DNA of 64,000 nucleotides from Thermotogota bacterium. GTDB lineage: Bacteria; Thermotogota; Thermotogae; Petrotogales; Petrotogaceae. The stretch spans positions 96,001 through 160,000 of the forward strand of contig JBNJGY010000001.1 in NCBI GenBank assembly GCA_051748045.1, written 5' to 3'. The translations under genes and the position numbers were made by a program. The notes beneath the pieces are model-generated. The model was not told the origin of the DNA. It searched no databases and worked only from the letters and a program-made list of their open reading frames with translations. Below, in pieces: positions 49,338 to 58,798 of this stretch (its first letter is position 1; the number at the start of each line of letters is the position of its first letter).

Positions 49338-51788
49338 TTAAAACATTTTTAATTGGCCATGTGGTGTTTTATATTTTTTCTTTTTTATATTTTTAATTTT
49401 TTTTAATCTATTTTCTAAATCTACTTTATCTGATAAATTATCTAAAACATCTTTTGCCCTATCTACTATTTCAGCTGGAAATCCTGCTAATCTAGCAACC
49501 TCAATCCCATAACTATTATCGCTTACCCCTTCTTCTATTTTATGTAAAAATAGAACTCCATCTTTTGTTTCTTTAACTTGAACTCTTTTTGTAATTACAT
49601 TTTCATAAATTTCAGAAAGCATTGTGAGTTCTGTATAATGAGTAGCGAATATAGTGTTTGATTTCAATACCTGGAATAAATATTCAGAAATAGCCCAGGC
49701 TACTGAAATTCCATCTAAAGTGGAAGTTCCTCTTCCAACTTCATCTAAAAGAACCAAAGAGTTCTCTGTAGCTTGATTCAAAATTGTTGACATTTCCATC
49801 ATCTCTACTAAAAAAGTAGACTTCCCAGTAACTATATCGTCTTTTGCACCAATTCTAGTAAAAATTCTATCGTATATAGGTATCTCAGCTTCATCTGCAG
49901 GAATAAAGCATCCTGATTGCGCTAAAATACTGATTATCCCTATTTGTCTAATATATGTAGATTTACCACTCATGTTAGGTCCTGTTAAAACTATAAATCT
50001 TTTTTCTTGAACCTCGAAATCATTTTTTGTAAAAGTTTCAACAAAGTTTTCAACAACTGGATGCCTTGAATTTATTATTTTTGATTTGTTTCCTTCAACA
50101 AAATTTGGCCTATTATAATTATTTATTCTACTTATTTCAGCGAAGTTAATTATTACATCTAAAAATCCAATCTTTGCAGATATTATTTTTAATTCTTTTA
50201 TATGTTTTGATATTTCTCTTATAAAATTATTAAAAATTGTTTTTTCAATTTTTTTAACTTTTTCTTCTGCTATAATAACTTTTTTTTCTAATTCTCTTAG
50301 TTCTTCTGTGATAAATCTTTCTGTGTTTGTAAGTGTTTGCTTTCTTATATATTCTCCTGGAACATTATTGGATTGTGCTTTTGATACTTCTATATAAAAA
50401 CCATAAATTTTATTTCTTCCTAATTTTAAAGTATTGATTCCTGTTTTTTCTTTTTCTCTCTTTTGAATTCTTTCTAAAAATGTATCTATATCAGTAATTA
50501 AACTTCTATATTCGTCTAGTTCTTGAGATATATTTTCTTTTACTACTTTTCCATCTCCTGGTTCATTTGATGGTTCATCAAATATATGTGTTTCTATTTC
50601 TTCCTTTAAATCATTTTTTAAATTAATATTCTCAAAAAAATCTTTCAACTTATCATTAATCTCCAAAGTTTCTTTTATTAAAGGGAGTTGAATCAAAGAG
50701 TCTTTTAAAGCTATTAAATCTCTTGGGGTTGCCTTTTCAAGAGATATCCTTGATATTATTCTATCGATATCTTTTATATAAGAAAGATATTCTTTTACCT
50801 CTTCTGAAATAAAAGTGTCTTCATAAAATATCTCTACCAAATCGAGTCTTTGATTTATTTTTTCTTTTTGTATCAATGGACGATTGAGAAAATCTTTTAA
50901 TTTTCTATGACCCATGGGTGTTTTTGTTTTTTTTAATATTTCATATAATGATTTTCCTCGATTTTCATCTGGAATAATATTTAAATTAGTCATAGTATTT
51001 ATGTCGATATACATAAAGTCTTTTGATTTGAATTTTTTTGGAATATTTAGATGCTTAATTTTTTTAAATTGAGTTAATTCTAAGTATTTTAAAACCGCGT
51101 CTAAACTATTTAGCTCTTTTGAATCGAATGGCAAATGATCTAGAGATAATAAATCATATGACTCTTTGATATGTTCTTCATAATTTGAAGAAAAATACCA
51201 TTCATCAAGTATTTCAATATATATTTTTTCTGAAACTGATTTTATTTCATTTTTCAAATTTCTCAATTTATAGCTCAACAATACTTGTGAATAATTATTA
51301 GATATGATTAAATCTAATAATTCATTTTGAGAAATATCAAATCTATCTATATAGAGTTCTCCAGTTGAAAAATCAAATAAAATTATTATATATTGGTTAT
51401 TTTTATCATCTTTATTTATTAAAATACTAAACCTATTATTTTCATCCAGCATATTATCTTCAATAATTGTCCCAGGAGTAATAACTCTTGTAACTTCTCT
51501 TCTTACTATACCTTTTGATGCTGAAGGCTCTTCTACTTGCTCACAAATAGCTACTTTTAAACCGTTGTCTAGTAACTTTTTCAAATAATTATCCAAAGCA
51601 TGATATGGTATTCCTGCCATAGGATAATTGTTTCTTTTTGTTAACACTATTTGCAAGATTTCTGATATTTTTTTTGCATCGTCAAAAAAAGTTTCATAAA
51701 AATCGCCTAATCTGAAAAGTAATACAGAATCTTGATTTTTTTCTTTTATTTTCATGTATTGTTTCATCATTGGTGTATACTCAGCCAT
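49338..51788 (-). CDS. mutS: DNA mismatch repair protein MutS
   Basis: TPMMKQY, FRLGDFYE.F..DA, AGIPYH, TPGT, TGPNMSGKST, DEVGRGTST.DG, FATHY, SYGIEVA. Confidence 0.98.
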   Translation of the reverse strand: MAEYTPMMKQYMKIKEKNQDSVLLFRLGDFYETFFDDAKKISEILQIVLTKRNNYPMAGIPYHALDNYLKKLLDNGLKVAICEQVEEPSASKGIVRREVTRVITPGTIIEDNMLDENNRFSILINKDDKNNQYIIILFDFSTGELYIDRFDISQNELLDLIISNNYSQVLLSYKLRNLKNEIKSVSEKIYIEILDEWYFSSNYEEHIKESYDLLSLDHLPFDSKELNSLDAVLKYLELTQFKKIKHLNIPKKFKSKDFMYIDINTMTNLNIIPDENRGKSLYEILKKTKTPMGHRKLKDFLNRPLIQKEKINQRLDLVEIFYEDTFISEEVKEYLSYIKDIDRIISRISLEKATPRDLIALKDSLIQLPLIKETLEINDKLKDFFENINLKNDLKEEIETHIFDEPSNEPGDGKVVKENISQELDEYRSLITDIDTFLERIQKREKEKTGINTLKLGRNKIYGFYIEVSKAQSNNVPGEYIRKQTLTNTERFITEELRELEKKVIIAEEKVKKIEKTIFNNFIREISKHIKELKIISAKIGFLDVIINFAEISRINNYNRPNFVEGNKSKIINSRHPVVENFVETFTKNDFEVQEKRFIVLTGPNMSGKSTYIRQIGIISILAQSGCFIPADEAEIPIYDRIFTRIGAKDDIVTGKSTFLVEMMEMSTILNQATENSLVLLDEVGRGTSTLDGISVAWAISEYLFQVLKSNTIFATHYTELTMLSEIYENVITKRVQVKETKDGVLFLHKIEEGVSDNSYGIEVARLAGFPAEIVDRAKDVLDNLSDKVDLENRLKKIKNIKKKKYKTPHGQLKMF

Positions 51789-51814
51789 CAATAGTCCTCC
51801 TGCTTCAAAAAATT

Positions 51815-51835
51815 AGGGCGCTTTCATAGCGCCCT
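51815..51835 (-). terminator. Hairpin between clpP and mutS
   Basis: AGGGCGCT-5nt-AGCGCCCT followed on the minus strand by AATTTTTT. Confidence 0.6.
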
Positions 51836-51840
51836 TATTA

Positions 51841-52443
51841 TTATGACTTTTCTGCTTCTTCTTTTGAGTTAATTACTTTATCAATTAATCCATATTTTTT
51901 TGATTCTTCAGCTGACATAAAGAAATCTCTATCTGTATCTTTTTGAATCTTTTCAATTGGTTGGCCTGTATGATGACTCAAAATTCTATTCAATTCTTTT
52001 TTCATTCTTAAAATTTCTTTAGTTTGAATTTCAACATCAATAGCTGTACCTTGACTACCACCCCAAGGTTGATGAATCATAATTCTTGAGTTTGGAAGAG
52101 CAAATCTTTTTTTATCCGCTCCGCCTGCTAATAACACTGCTCCCATTGACGCTGCCTGACCTAAACAAATTGTTGAAACATCATTCTTAATATATTGCAT
52201 AGTGTCATATATTGCCATTCCCGCTGTTATTGAGCCTCCAGGAGAGTTTATATACAAATATATATCTTTCTCTGGATTTTTAGATTCTAAAAATAACATT
52301 TGTGCAACTATCACATTTGCAACTGTATCATTGACTTCAGTACCAAGAAATATTATATTGTCCTTTAAAAGTCTTGAATAAATATCATAAGATCTTTCAT
52401 ATCTTCCATCACTTTCTATTACTACTGGCATTGGTATGCTCAT
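51841..52443 (-). CDS. clpP: ATP-dependent Clp protease proteolytic subunit
   Basis: [33 protein letters not shown]. Confidence 0.98.
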   Translation of the reverse strand: MSIPMPVVIESDGRYERSYDIYSRLLKDNIIFLGTEVNDTVANVIVAQMLFLESKNPEKDIYLYINSPGGSITAGMAIYDTMQYIKNDVSTICLGQAASMGAVLLAGGADKKRFALPNSRIMIHQPWGGSQGTAIDVEIQTKEILRMKKELNRILSHHTGQPIEKIQKDTDRDFFMSAEESKKYGLIDKVINSKEEAEKS

Positions 52444-52742
52444 TATCCTAACCTCCTACCTTTGTTGACTTTTTCTATGACTTTTTTTGTGTCAACTGAT
52501 GATAAAATCAATTGTCCACTATCCATATATATAACTGTTTCTACACTTCTTCCATAAGTGATATCAATTAAACTAGTATTTCCCTTAACTTCATTATTAT
52601 CATCTTTTTTTTCTTCTTCTGTTAAAACATCATTCCCTTGGAATATTTTTTTTACTCTTCTAAACTGTATATATTCCTGAGGTAAAATCGAATGAACTCT
52701 TTCTGCAGCTATGTAAGAATCCTTTGTTATTGGTACAAGCAT
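52443..52742 (-). CDS. RemA/DUF370-like protein (divergent)
   Basis: LIDITYGR....VI.MDSG..ILS matches the RemA/YlzA pattern LIDATYGR....V..MDS..IILS. Confidence 0.7.
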   Translation of the reverse strand: MLVPITKDSYIAAERVHSILPQEYIQFRRVKKIFQGNDVLTEEEKKDDNNEVKGNTSLIDITYGRSVETVIYMDSGQLILSSVDTKKVIEKVNKGRRLG

Positions 52743-52925
52743 TCTGCACCTCCAAATTTAAATTTTCTTAATATAATTATACATTAATAAAAGAATTTTT
52801 CCAAAAATAGTCTTACATACAAGTATATAATCATTTATTTAAATATATTTTATAACTAACAAACTATTTTATTAACAAATTTTTGCTATAATTATTTTTG
52901 ATTAAGAATATTTGGGGGTAATTAT

Positions 52926-53873
52926 ATGAAAGAAATAATTTCTTACAGAGAAAAAGAAGCTCGAAAATCTTCTATTGTTGGAATATTATTGAATAGTTTT
53001 TTGGGAATAATTAAAGTTGTTGCTGGTTTAATGACTAATTCTTTGGCTATACTAGCCGATGGTATAGATTCTATAACAGATATAATAACATCATTTTTAA
53101 CATTAATAGCTTCAAAAATTGCGAATAAACCTGCTGATGAATCACATCCATATGGACACGAAAGAATAGAGCCTATCATAACAAAAATACTATCAATAGT
53201 TATCTTATTTGCTGGGTATCAAGTTTTGTATAATGCGCTTTCTAGATTATTTAGTGAAAAAATAACAATAGAATATCCATTTTTAATTTTTATAATATCT
53301 ATAATTTCAGTTGTAGTAAAATTATTTTTATACTATTATAAAAAAAAGATTGGTGAAAAAATCAACAGTTCTTCTGTGGTTGCTGATGCAATGAATATGA
53401 GAAACGATGTTTTCACTTCAACAAGTGTTGCTTTCGGAATTTTACTATTTTATTTAACTGGTATTACTTGGATAGACTCTGTTATAGCTATTTTTGTCTC
53501 TTTTATTATTTTTAAGGTTGGTATAGAAATGTTTTTAGAAACATCAAATGAATTAATGGATGGTTCTAAAGAACTTGGAGAAATATATAAAATTACAATT
53601 CAGGCTTCTAATGATTTTGAATGTATCAAAAATCCTCATAAAATTAGAGTCAGAAAATCAGGGTATGTTTATTTTGTAGATTTACATATAGAATTAGACC
53701 CAGACATGACGATTAAAGAAGCAAATGAAATTACAGAAAGGTACGAAAATAAAATCAAAGAGTTGAACAATTATATAAAAGATGTTGTAATACATATGGA
53801 ACCATTTGAAAATGATGAAAATGAAGGATATGGACTTGATAAGAATAAAATTAAAAAATATTTTGGAGATTGA
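52926..53873 (+). CDS. Cation diffusion facilitator family transporter
   Basis: SLAILADG.DS..D, KPADESHPYGHERIE, ADA...RND, C-terminal HIE and IHMEP. Confidence 0.93.
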   Translation: MKEIISYREKEARKSSIVGILLNSFLGIIKVVAGLMTNSLAILADGIDSITDIITSFLTLIASKIANKPADESHPYGHERIEPIITKILSIVILFAGYQVLYNALSRLFSEKITIEYPFLIFIISIISVVVKLFLYYYKKKIGEKINSSSVVADAMNMRNDVFTSTSVAFGILLFYLTGITWIDSVIAIFVSFIIFKVGIEMFLETSNELMDGSKELGEIYKITIQASNDFECIKNPHKIRVRKSGYVYFVDLHIELDPDMTIKEANEITERYENKIKELNNYIKDVVIHMEPFENDENEGYGLDKNKIKKYFGD

Positions 53874-53884
53874 GGTGTTGAAAA

Positions 53885-55210
53885 ATGCAATTAGACTTTT
53901 TAGATGAAGCAAATATATTGGTCAAAGGTGGAAAAGGTGGAGATGGAGCTATTAGTTTCAGAAGAGAAAAATATGTCCCGAAAGGCGGACCAGATGGCGG
54001 AGACGGAGGTAATGGCGGTAGTGTGATAATAAGATCTACTCCAAATAAAACAACTTTGGTAGGTTTTAAATATAAACGAAAATATTTCGCTGAGGACGGA
54101 GAAAAAGGAAAAGCAAAGAATATGTATGGAAAAGCGGGAGAAAATCTTATAATAGATGTTCCCTTAGGAACTATGATTTTTAATTCGGAAACAAGAGAAA
54201 TGTTAGCTGATTTGAAAGAACCAGGTAATTATTATATAGCTGTCAGAGGCGGTAAAGGAGGAAGAGGTAATTCAAAATTTGCCAATTCAACATTACAAGC
54301 CCCTAGGATTTCTGAAAACGGTGCAGATGGAGAGTTCAAGAGATTACATTTAGAACTTAAGTTAGTGGCGGACATAGGAATAATTGGTTACCCGAATGTT
54401 GGTAAATCTACTTTGATTTCAAGAATATCTAAAGCAAAGCCAAAAATTGCTAACTACCATTTTACTACTTTAACTCCTAATCTTGGTGTTGTTAAAGTAG
54501 ATGAAGCGAAATCTTTTGTAGTAGCAGATATACCTGGGTTGATAGAAGGCGCTCATGAAGGAACAGGTTTAGGAGATCAATTCTTAAAACACATAGAAAG
54601 ATGCTTTGGCTTACTTCATGTTGTTGATATATCAGGTTTTGAAGGAAGAGACCCTATAAAAGATTATAAAAAAATTAGAGAAGAATTAGAAAGATATTCT
54701 ACTAATCTAGCAGAAAAAGATGAAATAGTTTGTGGTAATAAAATAGATTTGATCTTAGAAGATCAATTAAAAGAAAACATAGTTGAGTTTGAAAAACATA
54801 TAGGAAAAGAAATAACTCCTATTTCTGCGTATACAAATAAAAATATAGATACTATTATTATGAAAATGTGGAATATGATAAAAGATTATAAAGAAGATGA
54901 ACTCAAAAAGATCGAAAAAATAAAAAGAACTTATGAAGACTTCAAAAAACTTAAAGTTGATCCTGTCGAAAATGAGGTCTATGAATATTTTAATATAGAA
55001 GTTAAAAAAATAGGAGATCATGAATATGAAATATATGGCGAGGGAATTGATCTGCTTCTTAAAAAATATGATGTTGGTGAAACAGATTCAAGAAGAAAAA
55101 TTTTAAACATTTTAGAAAAAAATGGATTAAGTAGAACTTTAGGAAAATCAGGTGTTGAAGAAGGAGATACTATTTATATTAGTGATTATGCGTTTGAATA
55201 TATTCCTTGA
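53885..55210 (+). CDS. obgE: GTPase Obg/CgtA
   Basis: Gly-rich Obg fold, GYPNVGKS, FTTL.PNLG, DIPGLIEGA, NKID, C-terminal OCT domain. Confidence 0.98.
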   Translation: MQLDFLDEANILVKGGKGGDGAISFRREKYVPKGGPDGGDGGNGGSVIIRSTPNKTTLVGFKYKRKYFAEDGEKGKAKNMYGKAGENLIIDVPLGTMIFNSETREMLADLKEPGNYYIAVRGGKGGRGNSKFANSTLQAPRISENGADGEFKRLHLELKLVADIGIIGYPNVGKSTLISRISKAKPKIANYHFTTLTPNLGVVKVDEAKSFVVADIPGLIEGAHEGTGLGDQFLKHIERCFGLLHVVDISGFEGRDPIKDYKKIREELERYSTNLAEKDEIVCGNKIDLILEDQLKENIVEFEKHIGKEITPISAYTNKNIDTIIMKMWNMIKDYKEDELKKIEKIKRTYEDFKKLKVDPVENEVYEYFNIEVKKIGDHEYEIYGEGIDLLLKKYDVGETDSRRKILNILEKNGLSRTLGKSGVEEGDTIYISDYAFEYIP

Positions 55211-55219
55211 GGTGGTATT

Positions 55220-55771
55220 ATGATTATTTTTTTTGGAGGATCTTTTAACCCTCCTCATATTGGGCATAAAATAATAGCTAACATAGTATATGATGAACAT
55301 AAACCTAACAGATTCATTATTTCGGCTACCCCAAAACCCCCTCATAAGAGAAATTTTAATTTAATTGATAATCAGTTAAGAAAAGAATTTTGTAAACAAA
55401 CTTTTGGAAATAAATTTGAAATAACTAATATAGAAGACGAATTACCAAAACCATCATATACACTCCAGACTTTAGAATATTTAAAAAATATTGATAATGA
55501 TTTATTTTTATTAATTGGAGAAGATAGTTTATACAATTTTAAAAAATGGTATGAGTACAAAAAAATATTAGAAATTTCTTCATTACTTGTTTATCCTAGA
55601 AATGGTTTTAGAACTACCAAAAATGATATAATTCATACAAAAATTGATGCCCCAATAATAGAAATATCATCCACTTATATTAGAGAAAGAGTTAAAAAAG
55701 AAAAAACTATTGAAGGAATGGTAGAAAAAGATATTGAAGAAAAGATTAAACAAACTTACAAAAATTTTTGA
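55220..55771 (+). CDS. nadD: Nicotinate-nucleotide adenylyltransferase
   Basis: GGSFNPPHIGH, PPHK, SYT..TL, IGEDS....KW, ISSTYIR. Confidence 0.94.
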   Translation: MIIFFGGSFNPPHIGHKIIANIVYDEHKPNRFIISATPKPPHKRNFNLIDNQLRKEFCKQTFGNKFEITNIEDELPKPSYTLQTLEYLKNIDNDLFLLIGEDSLYNFKKWYEYKKILEISSLLVYPRNGFRTTKNDIIHTKIDAPIIEISSTYIRERVKKEKTIEGMVEKDIEEKIKQTYKNF

Positions 55772-55800
55772 TTGACAAAAAAAAATTTCTAATGTATAAT
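55772..55800 (+). promoter_or_regulatory. Consensus sigma70 promoter of tRNA-Leu
   Basis: TTGACA (55772-55777), 17 nt spacer, TATAAT (55795-55800). Confidence 0.9.
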
Positions 55801-55820
55801 AATTTCCGATTGTTATTTTT

Positions 55821-55909
55821 GCCGAGGTGGTGGAATTGGTAGACACGTATGGTTGAGGGCCATATGGGCAATTGAGCTCGTGCGGGTTCAAATCCCGCCC
55901 TCGGCACCA
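55821..55909 (+). tRNA. tRNA-Leu(GAG)
   Basis: GCCGAGG/CCTCGGC acceptor stem, anticodon arm TATGG-TTGAGGG-CCATA, long variable arm, GGTTCAAATCC T-loop, encoded CCA. Confidence 0.96.
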
Positions 55910-55947
55910 AAAAACAGGAGACGATTTATTCGTCTCCTGTTTTTTTT
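55910..55947. terminator. Bidirectional intrinsic terminator
   Basis: AAAAACAGGAGACGA-TTTAT-TCGTCTCCTGTTTTT. Confidence 0.88.
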
Positions 55948-56927
55948 GGTCTTAATATAAATAGAATAATACCTATAAAAATAACAAAATAATATGTAAC
56001 TAACCTCCATATAAAAACAGAAGTATTTATAGTAAAAATATCAGCAGTTCCAGCAAATATAATATAATAAAAGCCTTCTGCAGCCCCTGCTGTACCTGGT
56101 GTAGGTACAATTGCAGCTCCTATATCTAAAACTAAAGATTTGAAAAAAACATCTATTGAAAACCCAACATCGAATCCCATCAATACGAATATTATAGAAA
56201 AAACGTATGTCATAACTTGAACTGTACTTAAAAACAAGACCATTAAAAATTGAGGTATTTTTTTTGAGTTTGTTTTAAACATATTTACAAATGATTCTAC
56301 ATTACTAACAATTTTTTCCATTTTATCTTCTGGTTTTTTTATAATTTTTATTTTTTTCAAAAAAAACGTAAATCTTCTGACAACTCGAATTGATTTATCT
56401 TTACTCAAAGAGAACATTAAGATTAAAAAAATTACAAATCCATTTAATAATGTCCCTCCTAAAACAATAAGTGTTGATTTTAGATTTAGGTTAAAATAAG
56501 AATAAAATAGACCTACAAAGCCTAGAATAGTCATTACAATTTGAAAAATCATAGATTTATATATTATACTTGCAGTTGTTTCGCCAGGCTTTATACCTTT
56601 TTGAGATAAATAATAAACTAAAACTGGCTGTCCACCAGTAAAAAAAGGAGTAAGATAATTAAATAAATTACCTATTATAACTATTCTCATGAGAGAAAAG
56701 AAACCAAATTTATTCTTATGATCAAAAAGAGAAATTTTTAAAATTAATGTTTCTGATACCCATTTGACTATCATCATTAAAATTCCTAAAAAAGCATAAT
56801 AAACTACAAAAGATTTTAACTTTTCAATATTCTCTTCAACCCCAGTACTCAAAGTAAAAACAGATATAATACCAAAAGTAAGTACTAAAGATAAAATAAA
56901 ACCTCTAATATATTTCTTTTTATTCAT
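55926..56927 (-). CDS. Lysylphosphatidylglycerol synthase TM-domain / flippase-like protein (UPF0104)
   Basis: Multi-TM; FNYLTPF.TGGQP, PTPG.AGAAE, WRL.TYY; ATG 56927 follows the RBS. Confidence 0.88.
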   Translation of the reverse strand: MNKKKYIRGFILSLVLTFGIISVFTLSTGVEENIEKLKSFVVYYAFLGILMMIVKWVSETLILKISLFDHKNKFGFFSLMRIVIIGNLFNYLTPFFTGGQPVLVYYLSQKGIKPGETTASIIYKSMIFQIVMTILGFVGLFYSYFNLNLKSTLIVLGGTLLNGFVIFLILMFSLSKDKSIRVVRRFTFFLKKIKIIKKPEDKMEKIVSNVESFVNMFKTNSKKIPQFLMVLFLSTVQVMTYVFSIIFVLMGFDVGFSIDVFFKSLVLDIGAAIVPTPGTAGAAEGFYYIIFAGTADIFTINTSVFIWRLVTYYFVIFIGIILFILRPKKTGDE

Positions 56928-56945
56928 TTCTCCACCCCAAACAAA

Positions 56946-56970
56946 CAAAAAGAGCGCCTAAGCGCCCTTC
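56946..56970 (-). terminator. Intrinsic terminator after cheW
   Basis: Minus strand AAGGGCGC-TTAG-GCGCTCTT followed by T-tract. Confidence 0.65.
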
Positions 56971-56972
56971 AA

Positions 56973-57440
56973 TTAAGCTTCTTTCATAACTTGTTCTAAG
57001 GACATTTTTTCTTCAGAGCTTAATAATTTATCTACATCTAAAATTATAAGCATCTCATCCTCTAACCTTGCAATTCCTGAGATGAAATTTACATTATTCA
57101 TTCCACCTACATCAGGTTTTTCTTCAATTAAATTAGAAGAAATAGTTTTTACTTCTTTTACATCATCAACCATTATTCCAATTTTTCTCTGAGCCATTTT
57201 AATAACAATTACTTTACATTTTGATTTTTCTTGAAAATCAGGGAATTTGAATTTATTTCTCATATTCACCAAAGGTAGAACTTCTTCTTTTCTGAAGTTA
57301 ATTACTCCTTCTAGATACTCTGCAACATGAGGGATGACTGTAACCTCTTCATATTCAGTAACAGCATCTATCTTCATAATGTCTAGTCCAAATTTTTCTT
57401 TTCCTAAATTAAATGTTACTATCTTCATGTCTGTAGCCAT
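56973..57440 (-). CDS. cheW: Chemotaxis adaptor CheW
   Basis: VTF.LG.E.FG.DI, P....Y.EGVIN.R..V.PLV, GIMVD.V.EV, ISGIA...D..LIILD. Confidence 0.93.
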   Translation of the reverse strand: MATDMKIVTFNLGKEKFGLDIMKIDAVTEYEEVTVIPHVAEYLEGVINFRKEEVLPLVNMRNKFKFPDFQEKSKCKVIVIKMAQRKIGIMVDDVKEVKTISSNLIEEKPDVGGMNNVNFISGIARLEDEMLIILDVDKLLSSEEKMSLEQVMKEA

Positions 57441-57558
57441 TTCGACACCCTCCCAGCTTTTTAATGTTATAATTTAAAGGAAGTAATTCTATTAATAACA
57501 TTATACTATATTTTATAATATATTAAAAATAATAAATAATCAAATATGAGGTGGTATT

Positions 57559-58119
57559 ATGTACGAAAGAGAAAAAAAATATATAATTAGTGATTATGAA
57601 AGTTATTTAAAGCTTAAACACAACTATTTGAAAAAAGATTTGTTGATCCAATGGTACAAAGATACCGGAGAAAGAATAAGGTTGATAAAAACATCTAATG
57701 GAAATGAAACATGGATTAAAACAATTAAAAAATATATTTCTTCAGAGATTAGACATGAAGAAGAGGAAGTTATACCAAAACCTAATTCAATAGAACTAAA
57801 TAATTTACCCGTTGTAGCAAAAATAAGATATCTTATTTTAGAAGATCCGGAAATAGTTATAGATAGACTATTAAATCCTTTAAGGATTATTAAATATAAA
57901 TTATCTTTTGATAAAATAAAATACTTATTAGAGATAGAAGAAAAATATAACAAAATAGAAGATCTGGATAAATATTTAAAAATATATTTAAAAGATGATT
58001 ATAACAGGTTGAAACAAATAGATAAGAAAAACATCTTCACTAATAGAGACTTCGCTGGTGATTATGATTCAACCGCTGATCAGCTGATTAAATACTGTAA
58101 GGAAGATTTTAATGGGTAA
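57559..58119 (+). CDS. Hypothetical protein, CYTH-like
   Basis: N-terminal ExExK (YEREKKY), Q.Y, RIR, TIK, E.E, K.RY, ID, LEIE. Confidence 0.6.
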   Translation: MYEREKKYIISDYESYLKLKHNYLKKDLLIQWYKDTGERIRLIKTSNGNETWIKTIKKYISSEIRHEEEEVIPKPNSIELNNLPVVAKIRYLILEDPEIVIDRLLNPLRIIKYKLSFDKIKYLLEIEEKYNKIEDLDKYLKIYLKDDYNRLKQIDKKNIFTNRDFAGDYDSTADQLIKYCKEDFNG

Positions 58120-58798
58120 ATTATATATTGTCGGAACACCTATAGGTAATTTAGAAGATATTTCTGTAAGAGCTTTAAAAACATTGAAAAAAGCAGATTT
58201 AATTTTAACTGAAGACAAAAGAGTTACTATTAAATTATTAAATGCCTTAGACATTGGAGAAAAAAATTTATTTACTTTTAATCAAGCTAATTCAGAAAGA
58301 AAGATAAATCAAGTAATAGAACTTATTAATACACATAATAACATATGTTTAGTTAGTGATGCAGGAATGCCTGTTATTTCTGATCCTGGGGCAAATTTAA
58401 TAGATACTTGCTATAATAAAAAAATTGAAATTGATATAATACCTGGGCCCTCTGCACCTATAACTGCTTTGACTGCAAGTGGTTTTCCTGGCTCAAAATT
58501 TACATTTTTAGGATTTCTTCCAAGAGACAAAAATAGAAGAAGACTCTTTAGAAAAATTAACAATAATTTAGAAAGTGAAATATACATTTTTTTTGACTCT
58601 CCAAACAGATTAATATCAACTTTAAAAGATCTAGAAAAAATAATTGGCGATGTTGAAGTTTTTATTGCAAGAGAAATTACTAAATTACATCAAGAATTTT
58701 TCAAAGGAACTACTCAAGAAGTAATTGATCATTTTACTAATAATCCTTTAAAAGGAGAGATTACAGTTGCTTTTTCAAAACGAAAACCAATTTCCTAA
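58112..58798 (+). CDS. rsmI: 16S rRNA (C1402-2'-O)-methyltransferase
   Basis: LYIVGTPIGNLEDIS.RA, ED.R, VSDAGMP.ISDPG, PGPSA, GFLP, AREITKLH, KGEIT. Confidence 0.96.
   Translation: MGKLYIVGTPIGNLEDISVRALKTLKKADLILTEDKRVTIKLLNALDIGEKNLFTFNQANSERKINQVIELINTHNNICLVSDAGMPVISDPGANLIDTCYNKKIEIDIIPGPSAPITALTASGFPGSKFTFLGFLPRDKNRRRLFRKINNNLESEIYIFFDSPNRLISTLKDLEKIIGDVEVFIAREITKLHQEFFKGTTQEVIDHFTNNPLKGEITVAFSKRKPIS

Noticed and set aside
55821-55909. tRNA-Leu as a possible integration site for an island
   Set aside because: No integrase, no duplicated tRNA 3' end seen, and the flanks are housekeeping genes.
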